A stretch of 64,000 nucleotides of DNA from NCBI RefSeq assembly GCF_036365525.1, contig NC_090413.1, positions 26,798,262 to 26,862,261 of the forward strand, written 5' to 3'. Shown piece by piece: positions 12,201 through 23,273 of this stretch (within the stretch, counting starts at the first letter, position 1; every line of letters starts with the position of its first letter). The notes beneath the pieces were generated by a model. That model saw nothing but the letters and a program-made list of their open reading frames with translations, did no database searches and was not told the origin of the DNA. This stretch comes from Heterodontus francisci (taxonomy: Eukaryota). Made by a program: the position numbers and the translations under genes.

Positions 12201-15200
12201 CAATCACCCCCAGCGAGGCCCCAAAAACCTACCTCTTTTCCGGGCCGTCCTTCCTCTTGAAGCTGGGTTGCAGTCCCACGGTAAACACCGCTCCCATTGG
12301 CCCTGCTGATTCTAAGAGCTGTCGGCCCGTTAATCGGCCAGCAGCTCCATTAGGTGGGGCTTTCTGCCTCAATGCGGTGGAAGTCCCGCCTAAGCCCAAT
12401 TAAGGGCCTGGGAACTGTAAAATATGGTCTGGATCCCCAGGCCCGGTGGGATCGCCACTGACTTTCGGTCGGTGGACGGCTCCCATCCGACAAGCGAAAA
12501 ATTCCAGCCAGAATGTGGATTTGGGCCACGTAGCCTTTCAAAGGTTGAGTTCCCCATCTCAGTTACGCCACTTATAGCAAATCTTCCCCAGCAATATAGT
12601 CATAGATGCAGTCACCCAAGTCACCCTATATTGACACAGGCCTGGGTGTTGATCACTTTCCAAAAGTGGCCATGCTACATCTCACAATCTAACTCAGGAA
12701 ATGGGGAACGGGGGAAAATGTATTTATTTTTATATCTGTTTGGAGTTGGGTGTGGATAAAGAGAAAAGAGGAGAGCGGGCAGAGGAGAGGAAAGGATTAA
12801 AATATTTGAACCACGATATTAACTCAGGTTTATGGCTGATAGACATCAAGAAACCATTTCTTGTTTCTCTTCAAATGAGCAGTTCCATCAGCTAATGCCA
12901 GGAGACTGAACAGATAGCCAAGGTTTAGATGCTACTTGTGACATTATTGGTGGAACAGTTTATTTTAGAGCAGAGGCTGAAGAATAGTTAATGATAAAAC
13001 TCATGTCACAACGCCAAACGCGGGGGGGAGCAGGAGCAATGGAATCGATTCTGAAGTCTATTTTAATGCTGATGAAATCTTGCCCTGAACTTCAGTAACA
13101 TTGCAATCGGCTCCAAGTCATAAGGAAGTTGGAGATATCTTGCAAAAAAACAAAATCAAGTTCTTCAGATATTGTGGCAGCATAGTCAATGCCTGCTTCG
13201 CAATTTTGCAACTTCCCCAACAGCATGTTTGACATTAAAAATAGCCTGCCCTATCCAACAGCAGAGCAGTGGTGTTATACTTTACAGATCGAAATCTGTT
13301 GATCATCCTGACTTTTCAATAGGTTTCATTCATTGTGACAATTGGAAGGGTTTGTTGCTGGTAATTCCAGATTTGAAAAAGTTAATTTACTATCTCTTGG
13401 CTGTGCTAAATTAACTTTGCACCTAAATTCTTGCTGGTTTCTAAGGTTCAGAGGCCAATGGGGCAGTGGAGGAGTTTCAGTCGCAAGTCCAGATGCAAAT
13501 CTCTCAGACGATGAATAATGGTGAGTGGAATATCATTGATTGCAGTGAAATTGGCATCATTGCAGGAGCTTCACCTGCACAAGCTCGTGGTTCCAGAGTG
13601 TTATGGACAAAATTGAGAGGGAACTGAAGCTTCTGTTCCCTTTTCTTTAATGTCACTAATCAATGTATTTTTTGAAAAGGGAGATGTGTGTGTTTCTTAA
13701 CCCCTGAATATATGGCCAATTTGAATAACCAGCAGCATGCTTTTTGTGGGCTTAAATAAAGAGATTATTTTTATTCACACGTTTACCCTAAAAGTCTCGC
13801 GCTACATCACTCACTCACCACTCACTCACACTTGAGAAAGCAAGTCAGAGTTTGGTTTTCTGTACCGGTGCATTTCAATAGGAACAGGCTTGCAGACCTT
13901 TAGAATGTCATAGCCTCCAGTTTTCCAGGCATAGGCATTGTGCCTTTGTTGCTGACTCTCCAGCTGTTTGAGGACTGACTAGTTTCTCCCTGGTGCTTAG
14001 TTTAGTTTAGTTTAGTTTAGAGATACAGCATTGAAACAGGCCCTTTGGCCCACCGAGTCTGTGCCGACCATCAACCACCCATTTACACTAATCCTACACT
14101 AATTCCATATTCCTACCATATCCCCACCTGTCCCTATATTTCCCTACCACCTACCTATACTAGTGGCAATTTATAATGGCCAATTAACCTATCAACCTGC
14201 AAGTCTTTGGCATGTGGGAGGAAACCGGAGCACCCGGAGGAAACCCACGCAGACACAGGGAGAACTTGCAAACTCCACACAGGCAGTACCCGGAATTGAA
14301 CCCGGGTCGCTGGAGCTGTGAGGCTGCGGTGCTAACCACTGCGCCACTGTGCCGCCCTTAAATAAATTCCTTCTTAAATAAATGAATGAACCACAATGGA
14401 CAGTAAAATGACTTCTACAATTTTGGCCCAGACTCTGAAGTATCTCAAGCTTCCGGAAAGTTCCTAATTGAATAAAGAAGGAATTTTCCTCGACACAAGA
14501 TCAGGGAGCAGGTTGTTCAACCTTGCCCGTCTAAGAGCAAAGTCCAAAGTACGGAAAGTCCTCATCAGGGAACTCCTCTTTGCTGACGATGCCGCATTAA
14601 CATCTCACACTGAAGAGTGCCTGCAGAGTCTCATCGACAGGTTTGCAGCTGCCTGCAATGTATTTGGCCTAACCATCAGCCTCAAGAAAACGAACATCAT
14701 GGGGCAGGACGTCAGAAATGCTCCATCCATCAATATTGGCGACCACGCTCTGGAAGTGGTTCAAGAGTTTACCTACCTAGGCTCAACTATCACCAGTAAC
14801 CCTCTGAGATCTCTGGGCTTGTCCAATTCTGGCCTCTTACACATCCCTGATATTCATTGTTCCACCATTGGCAGAAGTGCCTTCAGTTGTCTGTGCCCCA
14901 AGCGGTGGAATTGCCTCTCTTAACCTTTCCACCTCTCTATCCTGTTTTAAGATGCTCTTTAAAACCAACCTCTTTGACCAAGCCTTTGGTCACCTGTTCT
15001 ATTATCTCCTTATATGGCTCAGTGTCACATTTTTCTGATAATAGTCTTCTGAAGCATCTTGAGATGTTTTACTCTGTTAATGGTGCTATATCAAGGCAAG
15101 CTGTTGTTGTCTTTTGTTCTATATTCCTTCCTGTATAAACTTCTTTTTCTGGAGCTGCAATCAGGATTCATCCCATCACCTTCCACTCTAACCAATCCCT

Positions 15201-18200
15201 TCCAGCACCTCAAAGCTGTGTTAAGCATTAGCTCCCTAAGTCTCCCCTTACTCCTAGAAACTGTACGTTGCAAACCGTTTGCCAACACAGCAGTGAATCC
15301 TGTTTGTTTCTCCTCCAAATCTCTGGCATTATTTGGTGTCTGTTAGGAATTGGTTAACACATTCTAGAGAAAGGGATTAATTTTCCCTGCATTGTAACTC
15401 GCACTGCAACCATTTTAAGGTCACTTTCTAAATTCTAACCTTGACGTCTAAATCATTTCTCTCATTTTAGTTTCCGACAAATCAGAGCTGACGGAACTCG
15501 AGCTGCGTATTCGCAATGAAGTGACACAGATGGGGGCAAGAGGTGAGTGGGAGAACAAAGAACAAAGAACAAAGAACAGTACAGCACAGGAACAGGCCAT
15601 TCGGCCCTCCAAGCCTGCGCCAATCTTGATGCCTGCCTAAACTAAAACCTTCTGCACTTCCGGGGCCCATATCCCTCTATTCCCATCCTATTCATATATT
15701 TGTCAAGATGCCTCTTAAACGTCTCTCTGGTACCTGCTTCCACCACCTCCCCCGGCAACAAGTTCCAGGCACTCACCACCCTCTGTGTAAAGAACTTGCC
15801 TCGCACATCCCCTCTAAACTTTGCCCCTCGCACCTTAAACCTATGTCCCCTAGTAACTGACTCTTACACCCTGGGAAAAAGCTTCTGACTATCCACTCTG
15901 TCCATGCCGCTTATAACTTTGTAAACCTCTATCATGTCGCCCCTCCACCTCCGTCGTTCCAGTGAAAACAATCCGAGTTTATCCAACCTCTCCTCATAGC
16001 TAATGCCCTCCAGACCAGGCAACATCCTGGTAAACCTCTTCTGTACCCTCTCCAAAGCCTCCACGTCCTAGAAGGTTGGATCAATTGAATGGCAGCATCA
16101 GAAACATTGAGCAGGAACCAATCACCAAAAACTCGGGGAAGAATATTGCCCACCTCACTCAGAATTAGCGGGGGACCACATTTCCCCTTTGCCATTCTTT
16201 GGCTCCACCACTGGCAAGCACGGAGATGTGAACACTGAGTGAGGAGAAAGTCAAGGCTGGCTGTGATACACACCATGCCCGAATAGCCTGCCAGCACTCA
16301 CTGTTTAAGCCCACATAGTGAAAATGGCCAGCCATGGAACCCTGTTCTCCTGGCACCCAAGGAACCCAACTGGAGCCTTCAAGAAAGGAAACATATGTGA
16401 AGCTCAGAAAAGAATTTTGTCCCCTATAGAGACATAGAAAATTTATGTCATAGAAGGAGGCCATTCGGCCCAATATGTCTTTGCCAGCCCAAGAAAAGCA
16501 ATCCCGCCATGAACTTTTTTAAAAATTTAGCAGTGTGGTTTAATAAGAATTTTGACCCCTACCTCATTCTGATTGCAAACACCAACCCCTTGCAATTTGA
16601 ATGAATTTAATTTTTGTTCCATGGTGAGCACTAAGTGCAAGACATTCCCCTGCATGTGACAGCACCTTTTCCTCCTTTTCCCACCTGTAGCTGTTTTAGG
16701 GATTTACGCAAACCCCGCTGGAAGGATCCTGAACAATATCCTGCCCCACAACCAACACCGTCAGGAACAAATTAACTGGTCATTCTTTCTATGGCTGTTT
16801 TTATCACGGAAGCTTTAATCACATTAAAAAGTAATGCATCGCATGAGGGAATTTTGTGTGTGTGGCAGTGTGAAAATGTGTGTGTTTGAGTGAATGTGAG
16901 TATGTGTGTGTGAGAGTGCGTGTTTATGTGAGTGGACAGTGTGTGTGGGGAGAGAGTGTTGATGTGCGTGTGAATGTGTGTGTGTGTGTGTGTGTGTTTG
17001 TATTTATCACTCCTTATGATCTAATCTTGATTCCCTCTTGCTGTTTAGTTTTGGAGGAGTTATCGAGGACAAAGGCTAACTTAATATCCACAATGTCTAG
17101 AAAACTGGAAATGTTGCCAGAACCTGGTGACTTATCTGAAGGTATGTCAATTTAAATAAAGTGAGTATCTGTCGCAGCTTTTTAAAGACAGGGCTAAAAT
17201 GTGGCGAGTCGAAGAGACTTAGTAGTTGGCAGGAAAAAAGACAGAGGCGCAAGGGGAGAGCCAACTGTGTAACAGCCCCAACAATCAAATTTTTCTGTAG
17301 CACCTGTGGAAGAGCCTGTCACTCTAGAATTGGCCTTTATAGCCACTCCAGGCGCTGCTTCACAAACCACTGACCACCTCCAGGCGCTTACCCATTGTCT
17401 CTCGAGATAAGGAGGCCCAAAAGAGTATCTGTCGCAGCTTTTTCCCTCATCCTCTCCTGAAGGCATTAAGACAGATTTCCTGCTTCGGCAACCTCACCAG
17501 CGTGATTCTGATGATCTCCCCGGGATTCGCAAGGAGCTGTCAGGGCAGGCGACCAAAAGTTTTTCCAAAGAGGTAGGTTTTTAAGGAGCATCTTTGAAGG
17601 AGGAGAGCGAGGTGGAGAGGTTTAGGGAGGGAATTCCAATGGTGGAGCGATGAAAATTGGGGGATGCGCACGAGGCCACAACTGCAGGGAAATCATTGTT
17701 TATAATGCAAAGTGCAACTCCTCTGAAACCTGGCAACTGTGGTCAACTGAAAATCACTTCTGACATGTTGTGTTCATTTAGTAACATTTGTGCTAGTTTG
17801 TTGATTTGGCCCCTCAGCCTTGGCAGGTAATTGTTGAATGTTTTTCAGCATGTCAGAACCTTCAATGTCCTCACAATTGGATGTACTTCAATGAGAGCTG
17901 TTACTACTTTTCAACTAAACGAGCGTCATGGAACATGAGCAGTTTGTACTGTTCCCTCCGTGGGACCCACCTTCTCGTCATAAACAGCATTATTGAGCAG
18001 GTAAAGCTACGTTTACACCATAAGCTCTGTTTCATCAGTCTGTGTGAGATTGAGAAGCTGGTGCTGGAGAGGGTACAGAGGACGTTTACCAGGAATGAGG
18101 GATTCAGTTATGTGGAGAGATTGGAGAACAGAATGATAGAATGGTTACAGCATAGAAGGAGGCCATTCGGCCTGTCGTGTCCATGCTGGCTCTCTGCAAG

Positions 18201-21029
18201 ACCACCTCATCTCGTCCCACCACCCACCTCCCCCCAGCCTTTTCCCCATAGACCCACAAATTGTTTCTCTTCAAATAATTATCCAATTCGAGAATTTGGG
18301 ATTGTTCTTCTTAGAGTAGAGAGGATTGAGGGAAGACCTGAGCTGTTCAAAATTCCAAAGGAATTTGATAGAGCCAGTAGGAGAAAATGTTTCCTCTGGA
18401 AAGTGGGTCAATAACCAGAGGTCATAGATTTAAAATAATTGGCAAAAGAACTAGAGAGGAAATGAGGAGAAATATCCTCACATGGAGAATTGTTAAGATC
18501 TGGATCACACTATCTGAAAGACTAGAGGAAACAGATCCCATTGGACCTTTCAAAAGGACAACTGGACATGTACTTGAGAACAGGATGAATTTGCAGGGTT
18601 ATGGGGAAAAGCTGGGGTGTGGGATTAATTGGAGAGCTCGTCGGAAGAGCTAGCACAGGTTCAATGGGCTGAAGGATTCTAGGATCCTATGATAGGGTTA
18701 CCAAAGTTTTCCAGGTCTCAACCAGACAGATTTTCTTTAAGTAAGAGCATTATGGGTTACAGAACCAAGGCAGGTGGATGGAGCCTGGATACAGATCAGC
18801 CATGATCTAATAGATTGGCAGAAGAGGCTTGAGGGCCTGAATGACCTGGTCTTGTTCCTGTCTCGCTAACAATATGGCAGCTAAGGAGATAGGGATAGTG
18901 CGTTGTGGGGAAATGGCAGGGTGGTGAGGTGATTTGGATGGGCCCAGTGAGGTAGGTGAGGAGAAGGGTAGGAAGAGTCCCGGAGGATGGGATGTTGGAG
19001 TACAGCAGGGTGGAGGGGATGTTGGAGTGTGAGGGTGAGGGGCTGCTGGAGTGTGACAGGGTGGAGGGAATGTTAGTGTGTGACAGGGTGGAGGGGATGT
19101 TGGAGTGTCAGGGTGAGGGGATTTTGGAGTGTGACGGGGTGGAGGGAATGTTGGAGTGTGAGGGTGAGGGGCTGCTGGAGTGTGACAGGGTGGAGGGAAT
19201 GTTAGTGTGACAGGGTGAGGGGATGTTGGAGTGTGAGGATGAGGGGATGTTGGAGTGTGACAGGGTGGAGGGATGTTGGAGTGTGACAGGGTGGAGGGAT
19301 GTTGGAGTGTGACAGGGTGAGGGGATGTTGGAGTGTGAGGGTGAGGGGATGTTGGAGTGTGACAGGGTGAGGGGATGTTGGAGTGTGACAGGGTGAGGGG
19401 ATGTTGGAGTGTGACAGGGTGAGGGGATGTTGGAGTGTGAGGATGAGGGGATGTTGGAGTGTGAGGATGAGGGGATGTTGGAGTGTGACAGGGTGGAGGG
19501 GACATGGCAGAAGATGGGATTGGGGTTTGAGTACTTGAGGCTTCCTGTGCTGCTGATGCAATTCATTCAGAACCTAATACCCTTCAAGAGATAATGGGGC
19601 TGATTTCCCTCCCCCGGGATCTCAGTGTAAGTTTGATCCTGTGCTTTCCACAGGTGCCAACTTGATCCCAGCTGAACCTGGCCGTGTTTTTAATATCCAG
19701 CACTGAGTTGGAAGCACCTCAGAATCTGGACACGGCCAATAGCAAGGAGGGAATTTGTGCGCTATTTAAAGATGACATTACACTGGTTGCTGTCAGGAAA
19801 AGGAGTCAGGCCAATGTCCCAATGATTCCTTGTCCAGGTTTGCTTGGAGCAGTGTCCTGGAGATTAATCGTTAATTCCTGGAGATTCCAGGGCAATCCTA
19901 GAGGGTTGGTGAGTCTAGAATTAAGCCTGCCTGAGGGTCCATTACAGCTAATATAACATATTAAATATTTTACTTATTTAATTACTGATAATGTTCTTTT
20001 TCCATCCTTGTGCAGCATTTTGTTACCTTGGAAACTGAATCCAGGAGATTCTGGATTGGTCTAACTGATCACAACAGTGAGAATAAATGGCAATGGGTGG
20101 ATGGCACAGATTATGAGACAACACAAAAGTAAGTTCAGTCAAACAATACACAATGCAAGTGCCAGACATTGGCCATCTGAGTGACTTACAACACAGTCTG
20201 TACACCTGCCTTTACTTCATTAAAAATAAATGACTTAATGTAAAGACATTGTTTCCAATATCATCACTTTCAATATTACCGGAGCTGGATATTGTTGGAA
20301 ACAATTATTATTGTGTTATAAAGACGTGGAACCTTCCATAGAGACGAAGAACACTGATAGTGCGATTAAGAAAAAGGAATTCTGATGGAAATCCTCTCTA
20401 GCAACAAGTGTATTTATGTAGTGCCTTTGACATAGAAAAACATTTCAAGGCTCCTCACATGAGTGTTATCAAACAAACTTTGGCACTAAACCACGTAAGG
20501 AGATATTAGGACAGGTGACCAACAGCTTGGTCATAGAGGTAGGTTTTAAAGAATGTCTTAAAGGAGGAGGGAGAGGCGGAGAGGTTTAGGGAAGGAATTC
20601 CAGAGCTTCAGGTTAAGGCAGCTGAAGGCATGGCAGCCTATGATGGAGTAATCAAAATCAAGGATGCATAAGAGGCCAGTGTAGAGATAGGAGTGTAGAG
20701 ATCTCCTAGGGTTGTAAGGGTAAAGGAGGTGACAGAGATCGGGAGGGTCGAGACCATGGAGAGATTTGAAAACTAAAGGGAATCTTAATTGTTCTCCTGA
20801 CCATATGATTCACTCCTTAAAGAGATTACTAGTTTACCTGATGATGTCGCGGTGAATCCCCAGGATTGGATACAGTAATAACTAGGTTTCGTTCCTCAGA
20901 TTTTGGATGCCGGGAGAACCAAACAGTGTTGATGAAGGTTGCGTTCACCTCTGGATGAATGGAATGTGGAACGATGCTCCATGCTCGATGAAAGATTACT
21001 TCATCTGTGAAAAGGAGGCTCACCAATGA
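9125..21029 (+). CDS. Type II C-type lectin receptor B (CD209/CLEC4/CLEC10A/CLEC17A-like), 8 coding exons, 273 aa
   Basis: join(9125..9209,10652..10753,13446..13520,15471..15542,17049..17141,17849..18000,20016..20128,20900..21029) = 822 nt, all GT-AG and phase-consistent; cytoplasmic YENF, TM segment, neck, CRD with CP..W..F..SCYYFS, WIGL, EPN, WND. Confidence 0.88.
9540..9895 (-). mobile_element. L2-like LINE 3' fragment (family also at ~14800-15110+, 20400-20780-, 23327-23745-, 27060-27415-, 32555-33265+, 42718-43248-, 54277-54590-)
   Basis: Shared block caacaacttgcatttatatagcaccttt...gagaggtttagggagggaattccagagc recurring across the window; translations resemble the L2 ORF2 C-terminus (LWNSLP). 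Confidence 0.75.
10061..10475 (+). mobile_element. DeuSINE-type tRNA SINE (other copies ~21160-21435-, 24075-24527+, 30100-30375-, 32094-32490+, 56813-57250+, 59015-59430+, 61785-62060+, 62185-62392-)
   Basis: tRNA-like head (gtggctc...agtcagaaggttgtgagttca), central block gatgagacgttaaaccgaggcc...aaagatcccatggcact as recalled for the Deu domain, L2-like tail. Confidence 0.7.
10652..10753 (+). CDS. Lectin B exon 2 (transmembrane)
   Basis: DSRFKSHICGKGLMLLIFIVLSVFLILLITGVIK; donor gtaagt. Confidence 0.82.
11755..11909. mobile_element. Degraded palindromic Penelope-terminus derivative
   Basis: Left part matches 37760-37845 (aaatattgcggatgctg...aaatgctgg); right part is its degenerate reverse complement. 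Confidence 0.6.
11919..12509. mobile_element. GC-rich MITE-like element
   Basis: Imperfect TIRs GGCCAGAATTTT / AAAATTCCAGCC; abrupt GC/CpG-rich composition relative to the flanks. Confidence 0.5.
13446..13520 (+). CDS. Lectin B exon 3 (neck)
   Basis: CSEANGAVEEFQSQVQMQISQTMNN; phase 1-1; donor gtgagt. Confidence 0.7.
13599..13996. mobile_element. Partial LTR related to the solo LTR at 34107
   Basis: Starts TGTTAT and shares the motif order of 34107-34400 (tggccaatt, ttt..gagttaa/ggcttaa, tttatt). Confidence 0.4.
13997..14357 (-). mobile_element. Young V-domain tRNA SINE (HE1-like), full length
   Basis: Minus strand: GGGCGGCACAGTGGCGCAGTGG (A box), GGTTCAATTCC (B box), V-domain gggtttcctccgggtgctccggtttcctcccac, (CTAAA)n tail. 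Confidence 0.92.
14473..14799 (+). mobile_element. Internal RT fragment of RTE LINE
   Basis: [13 protein letters not shown]...FTYLGS; near-identical to ~51912-52238. Confidence 0.9.
15471..15542 (+). CDS. Lectin B exon 4 (neck)
   Basis: VSDKSELTELELRIRNEVTQMGAR; pyrimidine tract + tag acceptor; donor gtgagt. Confidence 0.78.
15553..16067 (-). mobile_element. CR1-type LINE 3' fragment with microsatellite tail
   Basis: ALERVQKRFTRMLPGL...SYEERL..LGLFSLE.RR.RGD; KFFTQRVV; (aagaaca)n tail. Confidence 0.9.
16855..16998. repeat. Imperfect (TG)n microsatellite
   Basis: Visible TG-rich run. Confidence 0.8.
17049..17141 (+). CDS. Lectin B exon 5 (neck)
   Basis: VLEELSRTKANLISTMSRKLEMLPEPGDLSE; phase 1-1; donor gtatgt. 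Confidence 0.75.
17184..17422 (+). mobile_element. 5'-truncated RTE LINE 3' end with 21-bp TSD
   Basis: Matches ~52770-53005; encodes [17 protein letters not shown]; flanked by GAGTATCTGTCGCAGCTTTTT at 17163-17183 and 17423-17443. Confidence 0.92.
17849..18000 (+). CDS. Lectin B exon 6 (CRD N-terminal part)
   Basis: ACQNLQCPHNWMYFNESCYYFSTKRASWNMSSLYCSLRGTHLLVINSIIEQ. Confidence 0.93.
18060..18690 (+). mobile_element. Old CR1 3' fragment with a nested antisense CR1 piece (~18129-18290)
   Basis: LERVQR.FTR...SY.ERL; RGHRFK translations. Confidence 0.7.
18985..19501. repeat. Second copy of the G-rich minisatellite, intron 6 of lectin B
   Basis: Same unit family as 1-1866, more degenerate at its 5' end. 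Confidence 0.95.
20016..20128 (+). CDS. Lectin B exon 7 (CRD, WIGL)
   Basis: HFVTLETESRRFWIGLTDHNSENKWQWVDGTDYETTQ; donor gtaagt. Confidence 0.93.
20900..21029 (+). CDS. Lectin B exon 8 (CRD, EPN/WND, stop)
   Basis: KFWMPGEPNSVDEGCVHLWMNGMWNDAPCSMKDYFICEKEAHQ*. Confidence 0.93.
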
Positions 21030-21604
21030 AAATGTTACTAAGTCCAGTGCAGTGTTTGCAACTGTTCAACATTTGGAATGTGAAAGCAAAAACTAACCCT
21101 TCCTTCTTTAAGGACTCCTTATGGCTCATACATCTCCACATAGCTGGCAGTAAAGAAAAAACTTGCATTTATATAGCACCTTTCATCACTTCCTGACTTC
21201 GCAAAGAGCTTTACAGCCAACAAAGTACTTTTGAAGTGCAGTCTCTGTTGTAATAATGGAAAAATGGCGGCCAACTTTACGCACAGCAAGCTCCCACAAA
21301 CAGAAATGTGATAATGACCAGATAAGCTGTTTTTGTGATGTTGATAGAGAGATAAATATTGGCCCAGGACACCGGGGAGAACTCCCTTGCTCTTCTTTGA
21401 AATAGTGCCATGGGATCTTTTACATCCACCTGAGATTTTATGCTGAAGTCACAGCAGCCAATCAGGAGGTTCCACTCACACTCCCTCCCTGTCCTCTGCC
21501 CCACAGAAATTCAACCAGAAAGTGGGTGATGTTGTCGTACCTACAGGTCCTGTCCCATCACTGTCTTCATTCATTTTCACCTGCATTGCTGCAATGCCAA
21601 GGCA

Positions 21605-22270
21605 CACAGTCCGAAAGCAGGACCTCGAGCTTCCGGTTGCTTGTCATTTCAACACTCCCCCCTGCTCTCATGCCCACATCTCTGTCCTGGGATTGCTGCA
21701 GTGTTCCAGTGAACATCAACGCAAGCTCGAGGAACAGCATCTCATTTACCGATTAGGCACGCTACAGCCTGCCAGACTGAACATTGAGTTCAATAATTTC
21801 AGAGGCCCCCTTTTTTTTATTTTTAGTTATTTTTTCTTTCTTTCTTTTTTCTTTTTTCTTATTTATTATTTGTTTTTGTTTATTTTATTTTAGTTTGTTT
21901 CATCATTCATTTTTTTACCATGTGCCTACCCACTGTTTTTTGTGCTTGGGGCCAGGGCTGTTCATTTTTCTGTCAATTAACACCGTCTCTGCACTAACGC
22001 TTTGTCTTTCAACACACCATTAACATACCGTTTGCCTTTGTTCCATGACCTTCTGGTCAGTTATTCTCCGTGACCCTCTGTCCTATCAACACCTTGCCCT
22101 TTGTTATCTCTTGCCCCACTCTCGCTTTATTTGCTTATAACCTTTCACATTTCTAACCTTTGCCAGTTCTGATGAAGGGTCACTGACCTGAAACGTTAAC
22201 TCTGCTTCTCTCTCCACAGAGGCTGCCCGACCTGCTGAGTATTTCCAGCATTTCTTGTTGTTATGCCAGG
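21605..22270 (+). mobile_element. Penelope-like element 3' end (GIY-YIG endonuclease C-terminus + pseudo-LTR)
   Basis: LPVACHFN...H..ISVLGL...RKLEEQHLIYRLGTLQP..LNIEF matches the typical PLE endonuclease C-terminus; followed by a T-rich tract and a hammerhead motif. Confidence 0.85.
22165..22201 (+). ncRNA. Minimal type I hammerhead ribozyme motif
   Basis: AGTT-CTGATGA-AG[GGTC act GACC]T-GAAA-CG-TT-AACT: helix I AGTT/AACT, both core boxes intact, helix II, palindromic ACGT helix III. Confidence 0.75.
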
Positions 22271-22545
22271 AAACATTTGCAAGGCTTTGAGGAAAGAGCT
22301 CAAGGAGGGGAGTGGGACGAGTTAAATAGTTCTTTCAGAGAGCTGGCACAGGCATGATGGGCAGAATGGCCTCGTCCTGTGCTGAACGATTCTATGATTT
22401 TATCAGCGATCGGAAAACACATTAAAAAAAAGTCAAGACGTTCATTCCCAGTATTTTCTGCAGGAACCAACAACTCATAATTCATGTCCTGATGGGTTTA
22501 ATGAGGCTTCACGCTTATTGTTTGTGATGTGACACTTTTGAGTAA

Positions 22546-22551
22546 AATAAA
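22546..22551 (+). terminator. Candidate polyadenylation signal of lectin B
   Basis: First AATAAA seen after the stop at 21029 (ATTAAA at 22421); GT-rich sequence downstream. Confidence 0.45.
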
Positions 22552-23129
22552 CCTTTGGAGTGCCCTTGTGTATCTGTCATGGAGTTATAATGTTATAACA
22601 CACCATAAACTGTGGAGCATCTGATGAAAACAGTCACACAATTCAGCACTGTCTCACATTTCAGGGCTGGAGTGAGGGTGAAGTGGGGGGGGGCAGAATT
22701 TCCTGGCTGTTTTCCAGTGCATCAGTGACATATGGACCGTGCAGAAAATTTCTTTCGCTTTGGGAATTGGGTGGAATTCCATTCTGCACCCCCCCCCCCC
22801 CCCCACAATTCCATCCCCACCCCCACAACGTTTGTATGTTATCAGTAGCCCAGCAATTGCAGGTTTTCTGCGTTTACACTGCTGATGCACTCTGGTCATG
22901 TTCGATTGAGATACTAGGTACTGATACTGATACTGAGTTAGTGTGGGCACCGTATCTATGTTTAGAAAGTAAGTGTGGTATTTGGGGTTTATTGGCTACC
23001 AGTCACTGTGTCTTTTGCTACTGTGCGATCATCTTCGGGGGTGAGAGAGGGATTTCTCAGAGGTTTTCCTAAATTAGCCTAAAATTTATTTTTCTTTCCC
23101 TCCGTTTTTGTGCCCCTTCCAGGAGACTG

Positions 23130-23273
23130 CACGTTCCCTCTAAGCTGCACGAAAGTCACCATGCACAAATCGGCCCCTTTAAATTACCACACGTGTGAAG
23201 CCGTGCAAAAATATTTAAAGGGACTGTGTACTTAAATTCCCCCACACTTGAAAATAAATTAGAGGGAATGTTG
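23130..23273. mobile_element. Small MITE (related element at ~59709-59810)
   Basis: TIRs ACGTTCCCTCTAA / TTAGAGGGAATGT. Confidence 0.5.

Noticed and set aside
13997-14357. tRNA gene (also 35988, 36903, 48498 and the DeuSINE heads)
   Set aside because: A/B boxes belong to SINE heads followed by SINE body and tail; no complete cloverleaf identified
18001-18414. 202-aa ORF 17806-18414 as a single-exon lectin
   Set aside because: Only 17849-18000 is lectin; the rest is read-through past a GT donor into intron and CR1 sequence
18807-19566. Pro/His/Thr-rich ORFs of 84-232 aa
   Set aside because: Translations of a stop-free minisatellite; open in several frames and no splice support
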